64,000 nucleotides of DNA from an uncultured Rivularia sp. (GTDB lineage Bacteria; Cyanobacteriota; Cyanobacteriia; Cyanobacteriales; Nostocaceae). Where the stretch lies: positions 5,888,001-5,952,000 of the forward strand of contig OY762007.1 of assembly GCA_963665115.1 (NCBI GenBank), written 5' to 3'. Both the position numbers and the translations under genes were made by a program. Within the stretch, counting starts at the first letter, position 1, and every line of letters starts with the position of its first letter. A model generated the notes under the pieces. That model ran no database searches, had not been told where the DNA came from, and saw nothing but the letters and a program-made list of their open reading frames with translations. Shown here piece after piece: positions 43,578 through 54,924 of this stretch.

Positions 43578-45014
43578 ATGCAATCCCAATTAAAAGAATT
43601 AGTCACTCACTATCAAAAAGCCCTACTAATAAAGCACGATAACTTAGCTGTTTATGAGAAAATAGCCGAACTTTATTATCAACAAAGAGAGTTAGAGAAA
43701 GTTTTAGGAATTTTGAGAAAAGCGTTGCAAGTAGAACCAAATTTTTTATCAGTATCTCAAGTTTTCAATAAAACGCTACAAACTCTAGGCTTTCAAGGAG
43801 AAGAAAATAGAAAATTTCAAAATTTTCTTCAAAAAAAATCATCTTATGAAAGCTTTTATATGTTGGTATTAGGCTGCGAACACGTCACAAATGTCGCTGA
43901 TGCTAAGACATGGAAAGATGCTGTAGCACTGGGATGTTCTTTCAAAGAAAAACGGCAATTGGATGAAGCTGTTTCTGCTTTCATTAAGGCGATAGAAATT
44001 GAACCATCCTTATCTTTACCCTATTTGATATTAGGTTACATAATCAACTATAATTTTTCCTTTCAAGCCAATCAACTAGAGAAAATAATCTCCTGTTATC
44101 GTCGAGTAATTTCAGGACGTTTAACTTCTCACCATGCTAACGTAGTTTTAGGAGATATGTTAACCAAACAAGGCAAAGTATCTGAAGCCATTACTGCTTA
44201 TAAAAATGGTATTGAGAGAAAAATTGATTTAGATACAAAAATTACAGCCCAGTACATAAACTCTCCTAAAAATTATGATGTAAGTTTTTTAATTATTGGT
44301 ATGGGTAAAGCTGGCACTTCTTCCCTTTTTCATTATCTATGCCAACATCCTCAAATTATCCCACCGACCAAAAAAGAATTACATTTTTTTAATATAAATT
44401 TTGACCTTGGACTTGATTGGTATTTAGCTCAATTTCCTCCTCTTCCTATACAAGGAGGTTTTTTAACAGGAGAAGCAACTCCTTGGTATCTTGGTGGTTA
44501 TGAAATTGAAAAAAAAGTATCTCAGCTATTTCCTAAAATCAAGCTGATTGCCATACTACGCAATCCCGTTACTAGAGCTATTTCTAATTACTATATGACT
44601 TTCAAAATGATGAAAGAACATCGTTCTTTAGAAGTAGCAATTAACTCGGAAATTGAAATATTAACAGGTATAACAGATACTGATGACATCATTGAGAAAT
44701 ACTGGCAAACAGAAAAAGGATATCTTTGGTTTGGTTTATATTTTGATTTTTTCAAAAAGTGGATGGCTGTTTTTCCAAGAGAACAGTTTTTGATTTTGCG
44801 AAGTGAAGACCTTTATAATCAAACTGATAAAACTATGCAACAGGTTTATGATTTCTTAGAAATAGACAATTACTCTCTTCCAATATATCCCAAGATCAAT
44901 TCGGGTTCTTATGAAAAAAATAACAATGAGTTACGCAAAAAATTATCTAATTTTTTTCAACCGCATAATAGAAAATTGGAAGATTATCTAGGTATGAAAT
45001 TTGATTGGGAGTAA
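43578..45014 (+). CDS. TPR + sulfotransferase
   Basis: TPR helices; IIGMGKAGTSSL (5'-PSB), KELHFF, LRNPVTRAISNY (3'-PB). Confidence 0.85.
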   Translation: MQSQLKELVTHYQKALLIKHDNLAVYEKIAELYYQQRELEKVLGILRKALQVEPNFLSVSQVFNKTLQTLGFQGEENRKFQNFLQKKSSYESFYMLVLGCEHVTNVADAKTWKDAVALGCSFKEKRQLDEAVSAFIKAIEIEPSLSLPYLILGYIINYNFSFQANQLEKIISCYRRVISGRLTSHHANVVLGDMLTKQGKVSEAITAYKNGIERKIDLDTKITAQYINSPKNYDVSFLIIGMGKAGTSSLFHYLCQHPQIIPPTKKELHFFNINFDLGLDWYLAQFPPLPIQGGFLTGEATPWYLGGYEIEKKVSQLFPKIKLIAILRNPVTRAISNYYMTFKMMKEHRSLEVAINSEIEILTGITDTDDIIEKYWQTEKGYLWFGLYFDFFKKWMAVFPREQFLILRSEDLYNQTDKTMQQVYDFLEIDNYSLPIYPKINSGSYEKNNNELRKKLSNFFQPHNRKLEDYLGMKFDWE

Positions 45015-47280
45015 GATTAATATGAATGAATTAACTACTGTAAACAATAGCTTTGAAGTCAGCTTCAAACAAACAATAAAAGACAAGTTTCCCCCAACAG
45101 TTACAGCAATAGCTTTACTTGTCACAACCGAATACGAAGGTATTTTTAGGAATGGGGGAATTGGAACTTATTACCGCACTTTGAGTGAGAAATTAGCAAA
45201 AAAAGGCTGTCATGTTGTGCTGCTGCTGTGCCAAAGTCAAAAGGATTTTGGTGGAGAATCAACTATTCCCGCAGTTAAACATATCTTCTCAACTAGTGAG
45301 TGTATGAACGTACTGGAATTGCAGCCAACTCACTTGAGTGTTTTGTCACAGTTGCAGGATTGGCAATGGGTAGACTACGAAAACTACTGTGCGCTGTTTT
45401 TTACTCAGGCGATCGCCAATACTTTTCCTAACACTTATATTTACATTGAATTTCCCGAAATGCTGGGATTGGGATACCGCACCATTCAAGCCAAGCGAAC
45501 AGGTATTTTGGGAGAAAATTGTGTGGTGGCTGTGACTTTACATAGCTCCCAGGAGTGGCTAAAGGAAGCTCATGGAAGGTATACGCAGTCCAATCATGAA
45601 TGGTTTTGGCAGGTTAGTTATTACGAGCAATATTCCTTTGAAAAAGCTGATTTAGCCTTCTTCTTGTCACATTTTCTTAAAGAGAAGGTAGAAAAGTATG
45701 GTTGGAAAACATCTCATGCTCTGCATTTACCCTATTGTTTTTCGGTGATTGAACAACCTCTGTCAAAACTTCCCCTGAGAAATGATTTACAAAGCCTGGT
45801 TAATGAAGATAAAATTCTCCTGGTGTTTTTTGGACGATTGGAAGAGAGAAAAGGGCTTTTTACTTTCTTGGAAGCAATTGAATTGTTAGAAAGTAATCTC
45901 TCCGAAAAACTTCATATTCTTTTTCTTGGTAAAAACGTTGAACTGCAAGCAGAGGGTTTACAGGGATTAGATAGCCGGGAATATATTGAACAAAAATTGG
46001 GTTCTAAATATTGCTACACCATTGTTAATGATTTATTCAGTCAAGAAGCCATTCAGTTGGTAAGAATGTTAGGTTGTGCGATTGTTTGTCTCACCAGCTC
46101 TCAAGAGAACTTTCCCAATACAGCATTAGAAATGGGACAGTTACCCGTCAGTTTAATTGTCTCAGATACGGGTGGTTTTCGAGAAACTCTTAATTTAATT
46201 GAACGTAGCGACGGCTTGCGCTGGTTTACACCGGAAAACCAGTACTCCCTTGCACAAGCTATGACTCAAGCTATCTCAGATTATCCAGAGCAAGTCAGCG
46301 TACCAACGAAAGAATTTCTCCATTATGTCAATCTACAACTGCTCAATCAAAGACTTGGATACATGAAGCAGAGTTTTTATCAAGTGGGTGGATTAACTGC
46401 AAGTCATCCAGACACAAATGAACCTAGAAAATGGATATTGGGGATGACTTCAATGCAAGAGCAAATCTTCTTAGAGAACTACGCCCAAAATGATTATACA
46501 GGTAGAGGGGAGATTGTAGAACTAGGTTGCTGGTTTGGTTCATCAACCATTTCCTTCGCAATGGGGCTTGAGGCTAACTCCCGTGTAACTAACAAAAGCC
46601 AGCGCATTCATGCTTACGATATTTTTATTTGGTGTTCAATGGCTAATATGCCGCAAAGTGTCATCGGTACTTCGTTAGAAGGAAAGTACAAAGATGGAGA
46701 TAGTTTTTTAGAAGAATACCTCGAACGAATTAATCCTTGGAATCATCTTATTCGCGTTTATCCTGGGGATCTTACAGAAACTGGCTGTAAACAAGATGAA
46801 ATCGAGTGTCTTTTTATTGATGCGATGAAATCTTGGGAATTAACGAATAGTATTATCAAAAATTTCTTTCCCTATCTTATCCCTGAAGTATCTATGGTAA
46901 TCCATCAAGACTTTGCCCATTATTATACTTCTTGGATTCATTTAATCATGTATCGCTTGCGAGATTATCTAGTGCCGATTGAGCATCCCTTCATTTATTC
47001 TTCCAGAGCTTTTCGCTATGTCAAACGGATTCCCGAGGAAATTTTACAAAATTCATATTCATTTGCTAGCTTTTCGGAAGCAGAAGCAGAAGCAGCTTTT
47101 GATTATTCATTGGAGATTACACCCAAGAAAATGCAACCTAATATTTTGGCAGCTAAAGTTATGTACTTTGTTCATGTTAGGAATTTTGACAAAGCTAAGT
47201 TAGAGTTTTACAAATCAACCAAACAACTTGGTGATGGTGAGTGGTTAGAGTTGGTTGAGGTTCAACAGAAAATTGCTTAG
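45001..47280 (+). CDS. GT4 glycosyltransferase fused to a class I SAM methyltransferase
   Basis: GGIGTY, FGRLEERKG, ENFP; then VELGCWFGSST, LFIDA. Confidence 0.8.
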   Translation: MIGSKINMNELTTVNNSFEVSFKQTIKDKFPPTVTAIALLVTTEYEGIFRNGGIGTYYRTLSEKLAKKGCHVVLLLCQSQKDFGGESTIPAVKHIFSTSECMNVLELQPTHLSVLSQLQDWQWVDYENYCALFFTQAIANTFPNTYIYIEFPEMLGLGYRTIQAKRTGILGENCVVAVTLHSSQEWLKEAHGRYTQSNHEWFWQVSYYEQYSFEKADLAFFLSHFLKEKVEKYGWKTSHALHLPYCFSVIEQPLSKLPLRNDLQSLVNEDKILLVFFGRLEERKGLFTFLEAIELLESNLSEKLHILFLGKNVELQAEGLQGLDSREYIEQKLGSKYCYTIVNDLFSQEAIQLVRMLGCAIVCLTSSQENFPNTALEMGQLPVSLIVSDTGGFRETLNLIERSDGLRWFTPENQYSLAQAMTQAISDYPEQVSVPTKEFLHYVNLQLLNQRLGYMKQSFYQVGGLTASHPDTNEPRKWILGMTSMQEQIFLENYAQNDYTGRGEIVELGCWFGSSTISFAMGLEANSRVTNKSQRIHAYDIFIWCSMANMPQSVIGTSLEGKYKDGDSFLEEYLERINPWNHLIRVYPGDLTETGCKQDEIECLFIDAMKSWELTNSIIKNFFPYLIPEVSMVIHQDFAHYYTSWIHLIMYRLRDYLVPIEHPFIYSSRAFRYVKRIPEEILQNSYSFASFSEAEAEAAFDYSLEITPKKMQPNILAAKVMYFVHVRNFDKAKLEFYKSTKQLGDGEWLELVEVQQKIA

Positions 47281-47340
47281 ATTTATCATTAAATCGATCT
47301 ACTCACTTGAATGTGACAGCGTATATGCTATCATAACTGC

Positions 47341-47764
47341 ATGGCAATTAAAATTGTAGTTGACACTAGCGTTTTGATAAGTGCGCTTATTAGTTCTACA
47401 GGTTCTAGTCGAGAATTAATTCGACGCTGCTTGAAAGGCGAATATCTGCCTTTAATGGGAAACGCTTTATTTTCTGAGTATGAGTCAGTAATTGGGCGAG
47501 AAGAAATTCTTACTAAATGTCCTTTAACTAGTGAAGAAATTTCTGCTTTACTTGCATCATTTTTGAGCGTGAGTGAGTGGATTTCTATTTACTACTTATG
47601 GCGACCCTAATTTAAAAGATGAGGCTGACAATCACTTAATTGAATTAGCGATTGCTGGTAATGCTCAAATTATTGCCACTCAAAATATAAAGGATTTCCG
47701 CAATTCTGAGTTGTTATTTCCAAACTTATCAATATTAAAACCAGAAGAAATTATTAGGAGTTAA
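47341..47764 (+). CDS. PIN-family toxin (frameshift near 47605)
   Basis: IVVDTSVLISAL..EYE..WRPNLKDEADNHLIELA..TQNIKDF. Confidence 0.8.
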
Positions 47765-47769
47765 AAAGA

Positions 47770-47991
47770 ATGGCTACTTTAACTATTCGTTTACCAGACG
47801 AAAAACACAACAGGTTAAAAGAACTTGCTCAAGCCAAAGGAGTAAGTGTTAATAAATTGATTGAAGAATTATCTACCTTAGCTCTAGCGGAATTTGATGG
47901 CTATACCAGGTTTAAAGCAATGGCTGCAACTGGAAATCCTGAAGATGGCTTAAGAATATTGACTAAACTTGATAATTTGTTTGCAGATTAA
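47770..47991 (+). CDS. Ribbon-helix-helix (HicB-like) antitoxin
   Basis: ATLTIRLPDEKHNRLKELA..GVSVNKLI; directly after the PIN gene. Confidence 0.8.
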   Translation: MATLTIRLPDEKHNRLKELAQAKGVSVNKLIEELSTLALAEFDGYTRFKAMAATGNPEDGLRILTKLDNLFAD

Positions 47992-47994
47992 TTG

Positions 47995-48115
47995 TAAGTG
48001 GGTATGCAAAATTATTTGTGTCATTGCGAGCGACAGCGAAGCAATCCCAGAGTCTTGCGGTTGCTTCGTTTCACTCGCAATGACAAATGCACAATTGATT
48101 TTGCCTAAGTACTTA
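47995..48115. mobile_element. MITE-like palindromic element
   Basis: Outer TAAGT..CAAAATTA / TGATTTTG..ACTTA; inner GTCATTGCGAG..CGAAGCAA / TTGCTTCG..CTCGCAATGAC. Confidence 0.65.
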
Positions 48116-48128
48116 TTGGCTTAATAAT

Positions 48129-51100
48129 TCAAACAACCCTTGGCTGAAGTTGCAAAGCCCGACGGTAAGAGGTAGTTGCTTCTGATAGCTGACCAATTTC
48201 AGCTAAAATATCTCCTAAGCTTTTATAAGCTAAAGCATTATCTGGATTAAGTTCAATCGCTTGACGATAAGAAGTTATAGCCTGCTCGTATTGATTTTGT
48301 TTTTCAAAAGTCTTTGCTAGTTCCAAGTAAATTTCAAAGTTCTGTGGATGAAGTTGAAGTGCTGTTTGGTAAGAGGCGATCGCATCATCAAAGCGATTTT
48401 GCCGAACTAAAGCATTACCTAGCTGCAAATGAATTTGACCATCATCTGGCTTAATTGTCAATACCTGATGGTAAAGTTCAATATCGTCGGGATTAGATGC
48501 AATGCGAGAGCGATAATAATTGATTAATCCTTCTTCTCCCTGAGTTTGTTGGAGATAGGTTTTTAGTTGTACTAATTCAGTTTGGGTGGTTTGTAATTGA
48601 GATTGGGATTGTGTTAGTTTTGTTTGAGTTTGTTGTAATTGAAACTGAATTTGACTCAATTGTGTTTGAGTATATTGTAAATCTGAATTATGTTTTGCTA
48701 ATTGAGTTTTAGAGGTCTTTAGTTCCGACTGGGATTGTGCTAGTTCAGTTTGTGAGGTTTGTAGTTCAGCTTGAGTGTTTTGCAGTTCAGTTTTTACTTC
48801 TTCTAGATGCGCTTGTAACTGCTCATTATCTTTTTGAGCTTGTTCTTGGATGTATTGTAAATCTTGATACCGGTCTGTTTCTGTTTTTGTGGGTTGGGTT
48901 TTTTGCTGTTGTGTTGTGGGTATTGAGCTTGGGTTTTGAGTCGTAACTAAGGAGTTATTAGTTGATGTTTGTTGGTGGAGTGGTTCGAGGACTTCGGCGA
49001 TGATTTCAGGGGTTATGGGGGTCGTAGGTGTAATCCTCTGTGCTGATGAGTTTCACGCCGTTACCGTCGGGCTTCTCGCCGAGAATGTAGCGATTATAAA
49101 AGTCGTCTTGGACTTCGTAAATTTCGACAGTTTGGGAGTCGGGGTTGGAGCGGTAAACAAACTGGGTGGGTTGACTTTCGGGACATATCAGGCAGGTGAA
49201 GGCGACTCGTGAGGTGGTGGTAGGATTGGCGGTTGCGCCGTGGAACAGGCGCTTGTCGTAGATGATAGCTTGTCCGGCTTTGAGGGGAATATGGGTGAGG
49301 TAATGCTCAGTGACAAGTGTGGCGATGTCGTCGTTGTAGGGGAAAGGGGAGAATTGATAAAACGGGCGAGGTTGGGCATTGAGGTTGTGACTGCCTTTGA
49401 CAACGTGAAGGCAACCGTTGTCAGGATCTACATCAATGAGGGGGCACCAAATCCCAAAGCCAAGGGTATGAGGTTCGGCAGTGAGGGATGGATCTTGGTG
49501 GAGGGGGGTGGTGTTGGTGCTAGAGTTGGGGGATTTTATATACCATGTGCAAAAAGCGGTTCGATAACCGGGTAGTATTCTCGCTAATTTTGGAGAAACG
49601 ATATTTTTAAGTTTGTTATTAACTTCTTGTCGGTAAGATATGTCAGAAGTGTTAATATTTGTGCTGTTTTCTAAGTCAGCAATATCATCAGGAAGAGGAT
49701 GAGCGCGATCAAACTCTTGTAAATCTTCCAGTTCGGCTTCACTTAAAAAACGATTTATAACTACATAGCCATGTTCTTCAAGCTCTTTGTTCATTTCTGG
49801 AGTCAAGAAATTCAATTGTTTCCGTTCTTCAGCAGCAGGAAGATTGAGTAAACGATAACGAGCTAACGCTTCTAGACAAAAACCTGTAGTCAAGGCTTCC
49901 GAACCAAAAAAGTGCTGAGTATGCTTACCACCAAACATTGCAAGTCTCTTCCAGTAACCCTCCTCCTTTTGGGTATCGAGTATAAAATTAATAGCCTTGC
50001 TGAGTGCGGGACTTACATAATTAAAATTGATAAGTGTACATATAGCCAAAGCAGTTAGAAGTTCATCACCAAAAGAACCATCACTCTTCTGAAACTGTAA
50101 AATCTTATTAATTAACAAGTTTTTAGCTGTTCCTAAAGATTTAACACCGTTATAATATGCCCTTGAGAACATATAATAAAAACTTAATTTATGAGCATAA
50201 AACTCAGTGTTTTCTTCTTCATTTCCTTTATAAACAACATCAAGCAAATATTTAATTGATTTCTGAGTTTTTGTCGTTTCACCTAAATATAGCAATACAT
50301 TAGAATTAACTACGCAACAAACATCATCCTTTTCTGTTCTTTGCCAAAATTCCTCAGAATTAGATAGTGCTTTACCAAAAGTTATAAGATTTAGAAGTAT
50401 GCTTCTCATCGAACGAGGTAAAATCCAAGTATAGAAAATACCGTCTTTATTGCGATTACCTAGAATAAGACCAATATTTTTGTTAAATGAAATATTATTA
50501 ATTTTCAAAATATAGGATATGCAACAAATATCATCTAAATCCGGAGGTATTTTTGTGTGTTTTTCATTTTTTGAAGACCAATATCGCCATAAGTCTCCTA
50601 ATTCCCTTTCTTGGATTAAAAATTTTAATCCTTTGTCTATAATTTGTTTTACTTTATTGTTTGAATCGTCAGAAACTAAGAAATTTAAAGAGTATAAAAT
50701 TAAAGAAGTAGCAAAGGGAGAGCTATCAAATTTGGATAGCTTTTCAAATGAATCTTCATATGTAGGAAATTCGCCATCATCCAGTTGATTTTGACTTAAA
50801 AAATCTATGGCTTTGAATATACTCATCTCTAATTTGCTAGATGGGAATTCCATGAATGTTTGATTATTGTTTTGAGCATGATTATTTTCAACTTTATCTG
50901 TATTTATTTCTAAGCTTTCTTGCATACTAGTATTGGGATTAATCATTTTTTTCAATCTCAAAGTCAACGAATGAGCTAACACAACCAATCGTTGCTTAAT
51001 AGCGAAATAAAACAGAATGATATGTAGGACGAGTAAAATTAAAAACAAAGGTTGTCGAAAGGATAGTAATGTCACTAAGCTTAGAGGTAGCCACACTTCA

Positions 51101-52800
51101 TAAAAATCGTGCAGTAAAATATTTTTGCCAACAGATGGTGAAGGATTTAACTTGTTATATTCGGTGCTGAAAAATTGTAGTAAAAGGTAAATCGTAAACG
51201 AGACAAGAAGCAAAGGTGCAGATTGGGAAATCAACAGAACGAGTACAACTGAAAAAATAGCTTCCAGTGGAAATACAATATAATTTATCCAAAATCGCAG
51301 TGATTCCACACCAAACTTTGTAGCCAATGTCTTTATACCCGATTTCAAATCATTGTCTCTGTCCCAAATTTGATGTAACAGAATACCTCTAATTCCACAC
51401 CCAAAGCCCCAAACTGTAGCAACGATTGCTAGAAAATGGCTTCCAGATTCAGACGTTGCTATTAAGCTAGAAAATACTGTAGTGATTAACAATGTAGGAA
51501 TTGCGTGTACGGTAGCAGCATCAGCAACTACACCCCAAATATATCGTTCTTTGAGTCGAAGCGGTGGAGCCGGATAAATGGTTAGCAACGTGTAGATAGA
51601 ACCAAGCAAAATTGCTGAAGTTGAGTTAAAGCCAATAAATAACCAAGGTATTACACCTAAAATGGCTAAACTCAAACTTAATAAAGTTTGTTGTCCTTTA
51701 GAAAGAGATGCCATTCGATTCTGCTTACCAGCCTGAGAATCTATCTCAATATCAAAGATGTCATTGACAACATGACCGTAAGCTGCGACGAAAAACATTG
51801 AAGCTAAAAGAGCGAGTAGAGTAACGATAGATTGTTGAGTAGGTGTATCTTGTATGAGGATTTCAGCGTAGGCAATAGCTAGTAATGGGGGAATTTTATA
51901 AAACCACCAATCGTTACCCCGGAGCAAGTTGAAAAATGAGAAAAACTTTTCTTTAATTCCACCTTCTTTATTTTTATTTGTCTTTGGAGCATTCATATAG
52001 TCCGCAAGTTGTCTTGGTGTTAGTGGATTAGTTTTATAATCAAAGACTCCCAAATTTATACAGTCTTCTGGCTTTTGACCTCTAATATATTGCTGATAAA
52101 ATTTATCATCTACTTCAAAAAGTTGTAATTTCTTAGCAGTTTGCGACTTTCGATAACAAAAATAAATAGAACTGTTTTTGGGAGCTATGTGGCAAGTCGC
52201 TACTACTCTCTCATTAGTAAATAAGTTAGGGCTAGAGCCATGAAATAGCCGTCCATCGAATATAAGTGCTTTGCCTGTTTGCATGGGCACAGTCGTTAGA
52301 TAATCCTGTTGCATCAGTGACACAATATCTTGACTGCAAGACGAGCCTGCATAAACAAAACAAGGTCTTGGACTTGAAGTGATGAGATGGCTTTTGCCAA
52401 CAATTTGAAGACAACCAGTTTGCTCATCTACATCAATGAGGGGACACCAAATAATAAAAGATTTGTGTAACGTTTCATCTACTATAGATGGGTCTTGATG
52501 TATGGATACACTTGGAGAATTCAGCGATTTATAAATAAAATTACAATTAATAATTTTGTATTCTGGAAATAAAACTTCTATTTTAGGGGCAAATATTTTT
52601 TTAATTTCTTGATTAACTAGCTGACGGTATGATGTGTCTGAGCTAATATCGCTACGATATAAATACGGGGCATCCGTAATTGAGTCTTTAGGAAGAGGGA
52701 ATTCGTGATAAAAATTTAAAAGCCTTTGCACTTGCTCTTTACCAAGAAAATTGACAACTGCATATCCTTTTTCTTCAAGTTCCTGATACAGACTACGCAT
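48129..52800 (-). CDS. Multidomain PhyH dioxygenase - UbiA prenyltransferase - alpha/alpha-barrel (cyclase-like) - PhyH - coiled coil - TPR protein (frameshift near 49018)
   Basis: Two HQD..WCPLIDVD..FHG domains; NDIFDIEID and DRDND..GIKT; QLDDGEF, PPDLDD, QKSDGSF, QKEEGYW; removing one C opens the frame into the TPR ORF. Confidence 0.75.
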
Positions 52801-53172
52801 GGGATAATTTTTTTAATCGTAATTCATGTATACGTGACTTGGAATCTTAGCATAAACCCGATTTATTCTAGCTTACTAACCTAATAAATTTAAAAAAGGC
52901 TCGTTTTGACCTTCGCTGCAAGAATTGTTCTGGAATGTGTATTTGGTTTACATCACAAGTTTTTGTTCATTTCACTAAATATTATGCACTTATACATTGG
53001 TTTCTAGTAGCGCTGTTTTCGCAAATTACAGCTTTCCGAAGACAACGCTACTGCAATTTTTTTAATAAGTTAAACAACTTATTGGACTGTTGTCTTTGTA
53101 GACGACAGCTTCTTTATCTGGATATTGCTGGGCACTGTTTTCTAAAAGGTGATGTACTAAATATGACATTTT

Positions 53173-54168
53173 CTATTCTCCGTTAAGCATTAACTTCGAT
53201 TGCTTAATTCCGACTTTTACAATTTTTCGTGGCTGAGTATTATATAACTTCATTCCAGCTTTCCAACCGTGACGAACACCGACAATAGAATCTTGAATAT
53301 ATTCAAATAACAAATAATTTGAAAGATTGTGAGTAAATTTAAGGCGTAAAATTCTTAACAAACAACGATAGATAAGAAGCCCGGTGAGACGTATAGCGAA
53401 TATCGGTAAAGGTATTCTTGGAAAGCCGTGCTTGAGAGCAAAGTAAGTAGTATTTTTGGCAAGGGAATACCAGCAGGTGAGATATTGCCCATCGCGACGG
53501 TTATGACTCGGTTGCACGTAATGCTCTACAGGTGCATTTACATTGCAAATCCTGTAACCAGCCTGATGCAAGCGCAAGCAAACATCTGTTTCTTCGAGAA
53601 AATACTCAAAAAACTCATCAAAATAGCCGATTTTCACTAACGCTTCTCTTTTATAGGAAGCATTGGCACCCATAATACTGCGAAACCAATTAGGCTTTGA
53701 TAAATAGTCATGTTGTCTATCAGCAGATAAAACTGGTCGAGATTCACTCAAAAGACTATTAACACCGCAATCAAATTGCAAGGAAAATGATGGTTTAGTT
53801 TTATCGATAACCGCTCCACCAACACAACCACAATTAGCTCCTTGTTGCAGATGAATTTGTAAATGTTTTTCTATCCAATTGTCAGGTGGAATTACATCAT
53901 CATCAAGATAGAAAATGATATCTCCAGATGCTGCTTTCAAGCCCAAGTTTCTAGCCGCACTTACATTTTTTTGGTCAATAAATATAATTTTATTGATAAT
54001 ACTTTTATATTCCGATAAAACAAATTCGGTATCATCAAATGTTGGACCAACAACTACAATTAACTCTTGAAAGGAATATTGCCAGCGAGAAACAGCATCC
54101 ATAACGTACTGTAAAAAATGACCCCTATTCACAGTACAGATAATCACGGATACAGAATAATATACCAT
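53173..54168 (-). CDS. GT2 glycosyltransferase
   Basis: SVIICTVNR, SAARNLG, YLDDD, GANASY, EETDVC. Confidence 0.85.
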   Translation of the reverse strand: MVYYSVSVIICTVNRGHFLQYVMDAVSRWQYSFQELIVVVGPTFDDTEFVLSEYKSIINKIIFIDQKNVSAARNLGLKAASGDIIFYLDDDVIPPDNWIEKHLQIHLQQGANCGCVGGAVIDKTKPSFSLQFDCGVNSLLSESRPVLSADRQHDYLSKPNWFRSIMGANASYKREALVKIGYFDEFFEYFLEETDVCLRLHQAGYRICNVNAPVEHYVQPSHNRRDGQYLTCWYSLAKNTTYFALKHGFPRIPLPIFAIRLTGLLIYRCLLRILRLKFTHNLSNYLLFEYIQDSIVGVRHGWKAGMKLYNTQPRKIVKVGIKQSKLMLNGE

Positions 54169-54698
54169 TACAATTTAGTTTTTAGAATTTAGCTTATAAT
54201 CGGTGCCGACAGCCTCCCTTCAAGAGGAAAAATTTCAAGAAATTTCTGTCTTTACAGCAATTTTCATCATGATAGTTTGTCGTCAGAACGGTTTATATAA
54301 TCACTCCGTCTCACGAATAAGTATCTATATAAAAGTATCTAATGACACGTTTTAACATTTCATCGGATAATCGTCAATATTTATTCATGTTAAAATTTCA
54401 ACTTGCTACTTAAGTAGTCATTGTTTTATACTTAACATTTCAACTAACTTCAGATTATATTAATTTTTATTTAAATTTAATTATTTTTCCTTTCCACTAG
54501 CCACTTAAATTTAAGGAGCGCAACACATATTCTCAAATCAAAAGTGAAACCTTAGTATTATTATTGTGTTCAATAGAAATGAAGGAAGAGGGTTTGAGCG
54601 GTTGGAATTTAGATGAGAATAAAACCAGTTCTTAAGATTAGAAAAAATCATTAATCTTGCCTTCTTCCTTTGCACTGAAGAACGAAGTTCGTTAAGAA

Positions 54699-54878
54699 CT
54701 GACATCTTGCACCATTTTCAATACCGCTTGGGGTTGCAAACCCCAAGCTAATAGTATAAGTCCTATAAATAGGACTGGGTAAGGATTTTAGTCTACTTGA
54801 GTAGACTTTCGCTATCAGCCTGGGATTTGCAATCCCAGGCGGTTTTGATTACTAATTGACAATGGTGCAAGATATCAG
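54699..54878. mobile_element. MITE with terminal inverted repeats and target duplication
   Basis: CTGACATCTTGCACCATT ... AATGGTGCAAGATATCAG flanked by TTAAGAA on both sides; nested internal palindromes. Confidence 0.8.
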
Positions 54879-54924
54879 TTAAGAACAAACTTATTTTTTA
54901 TTTTAAAGAAAGAATAATTATAGA

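Noticed and set aside
48737..49575. Plus-strand ORFs of 69-111 aa
   Set aside because: Antisense shadows of the multidomain minus-strand gene
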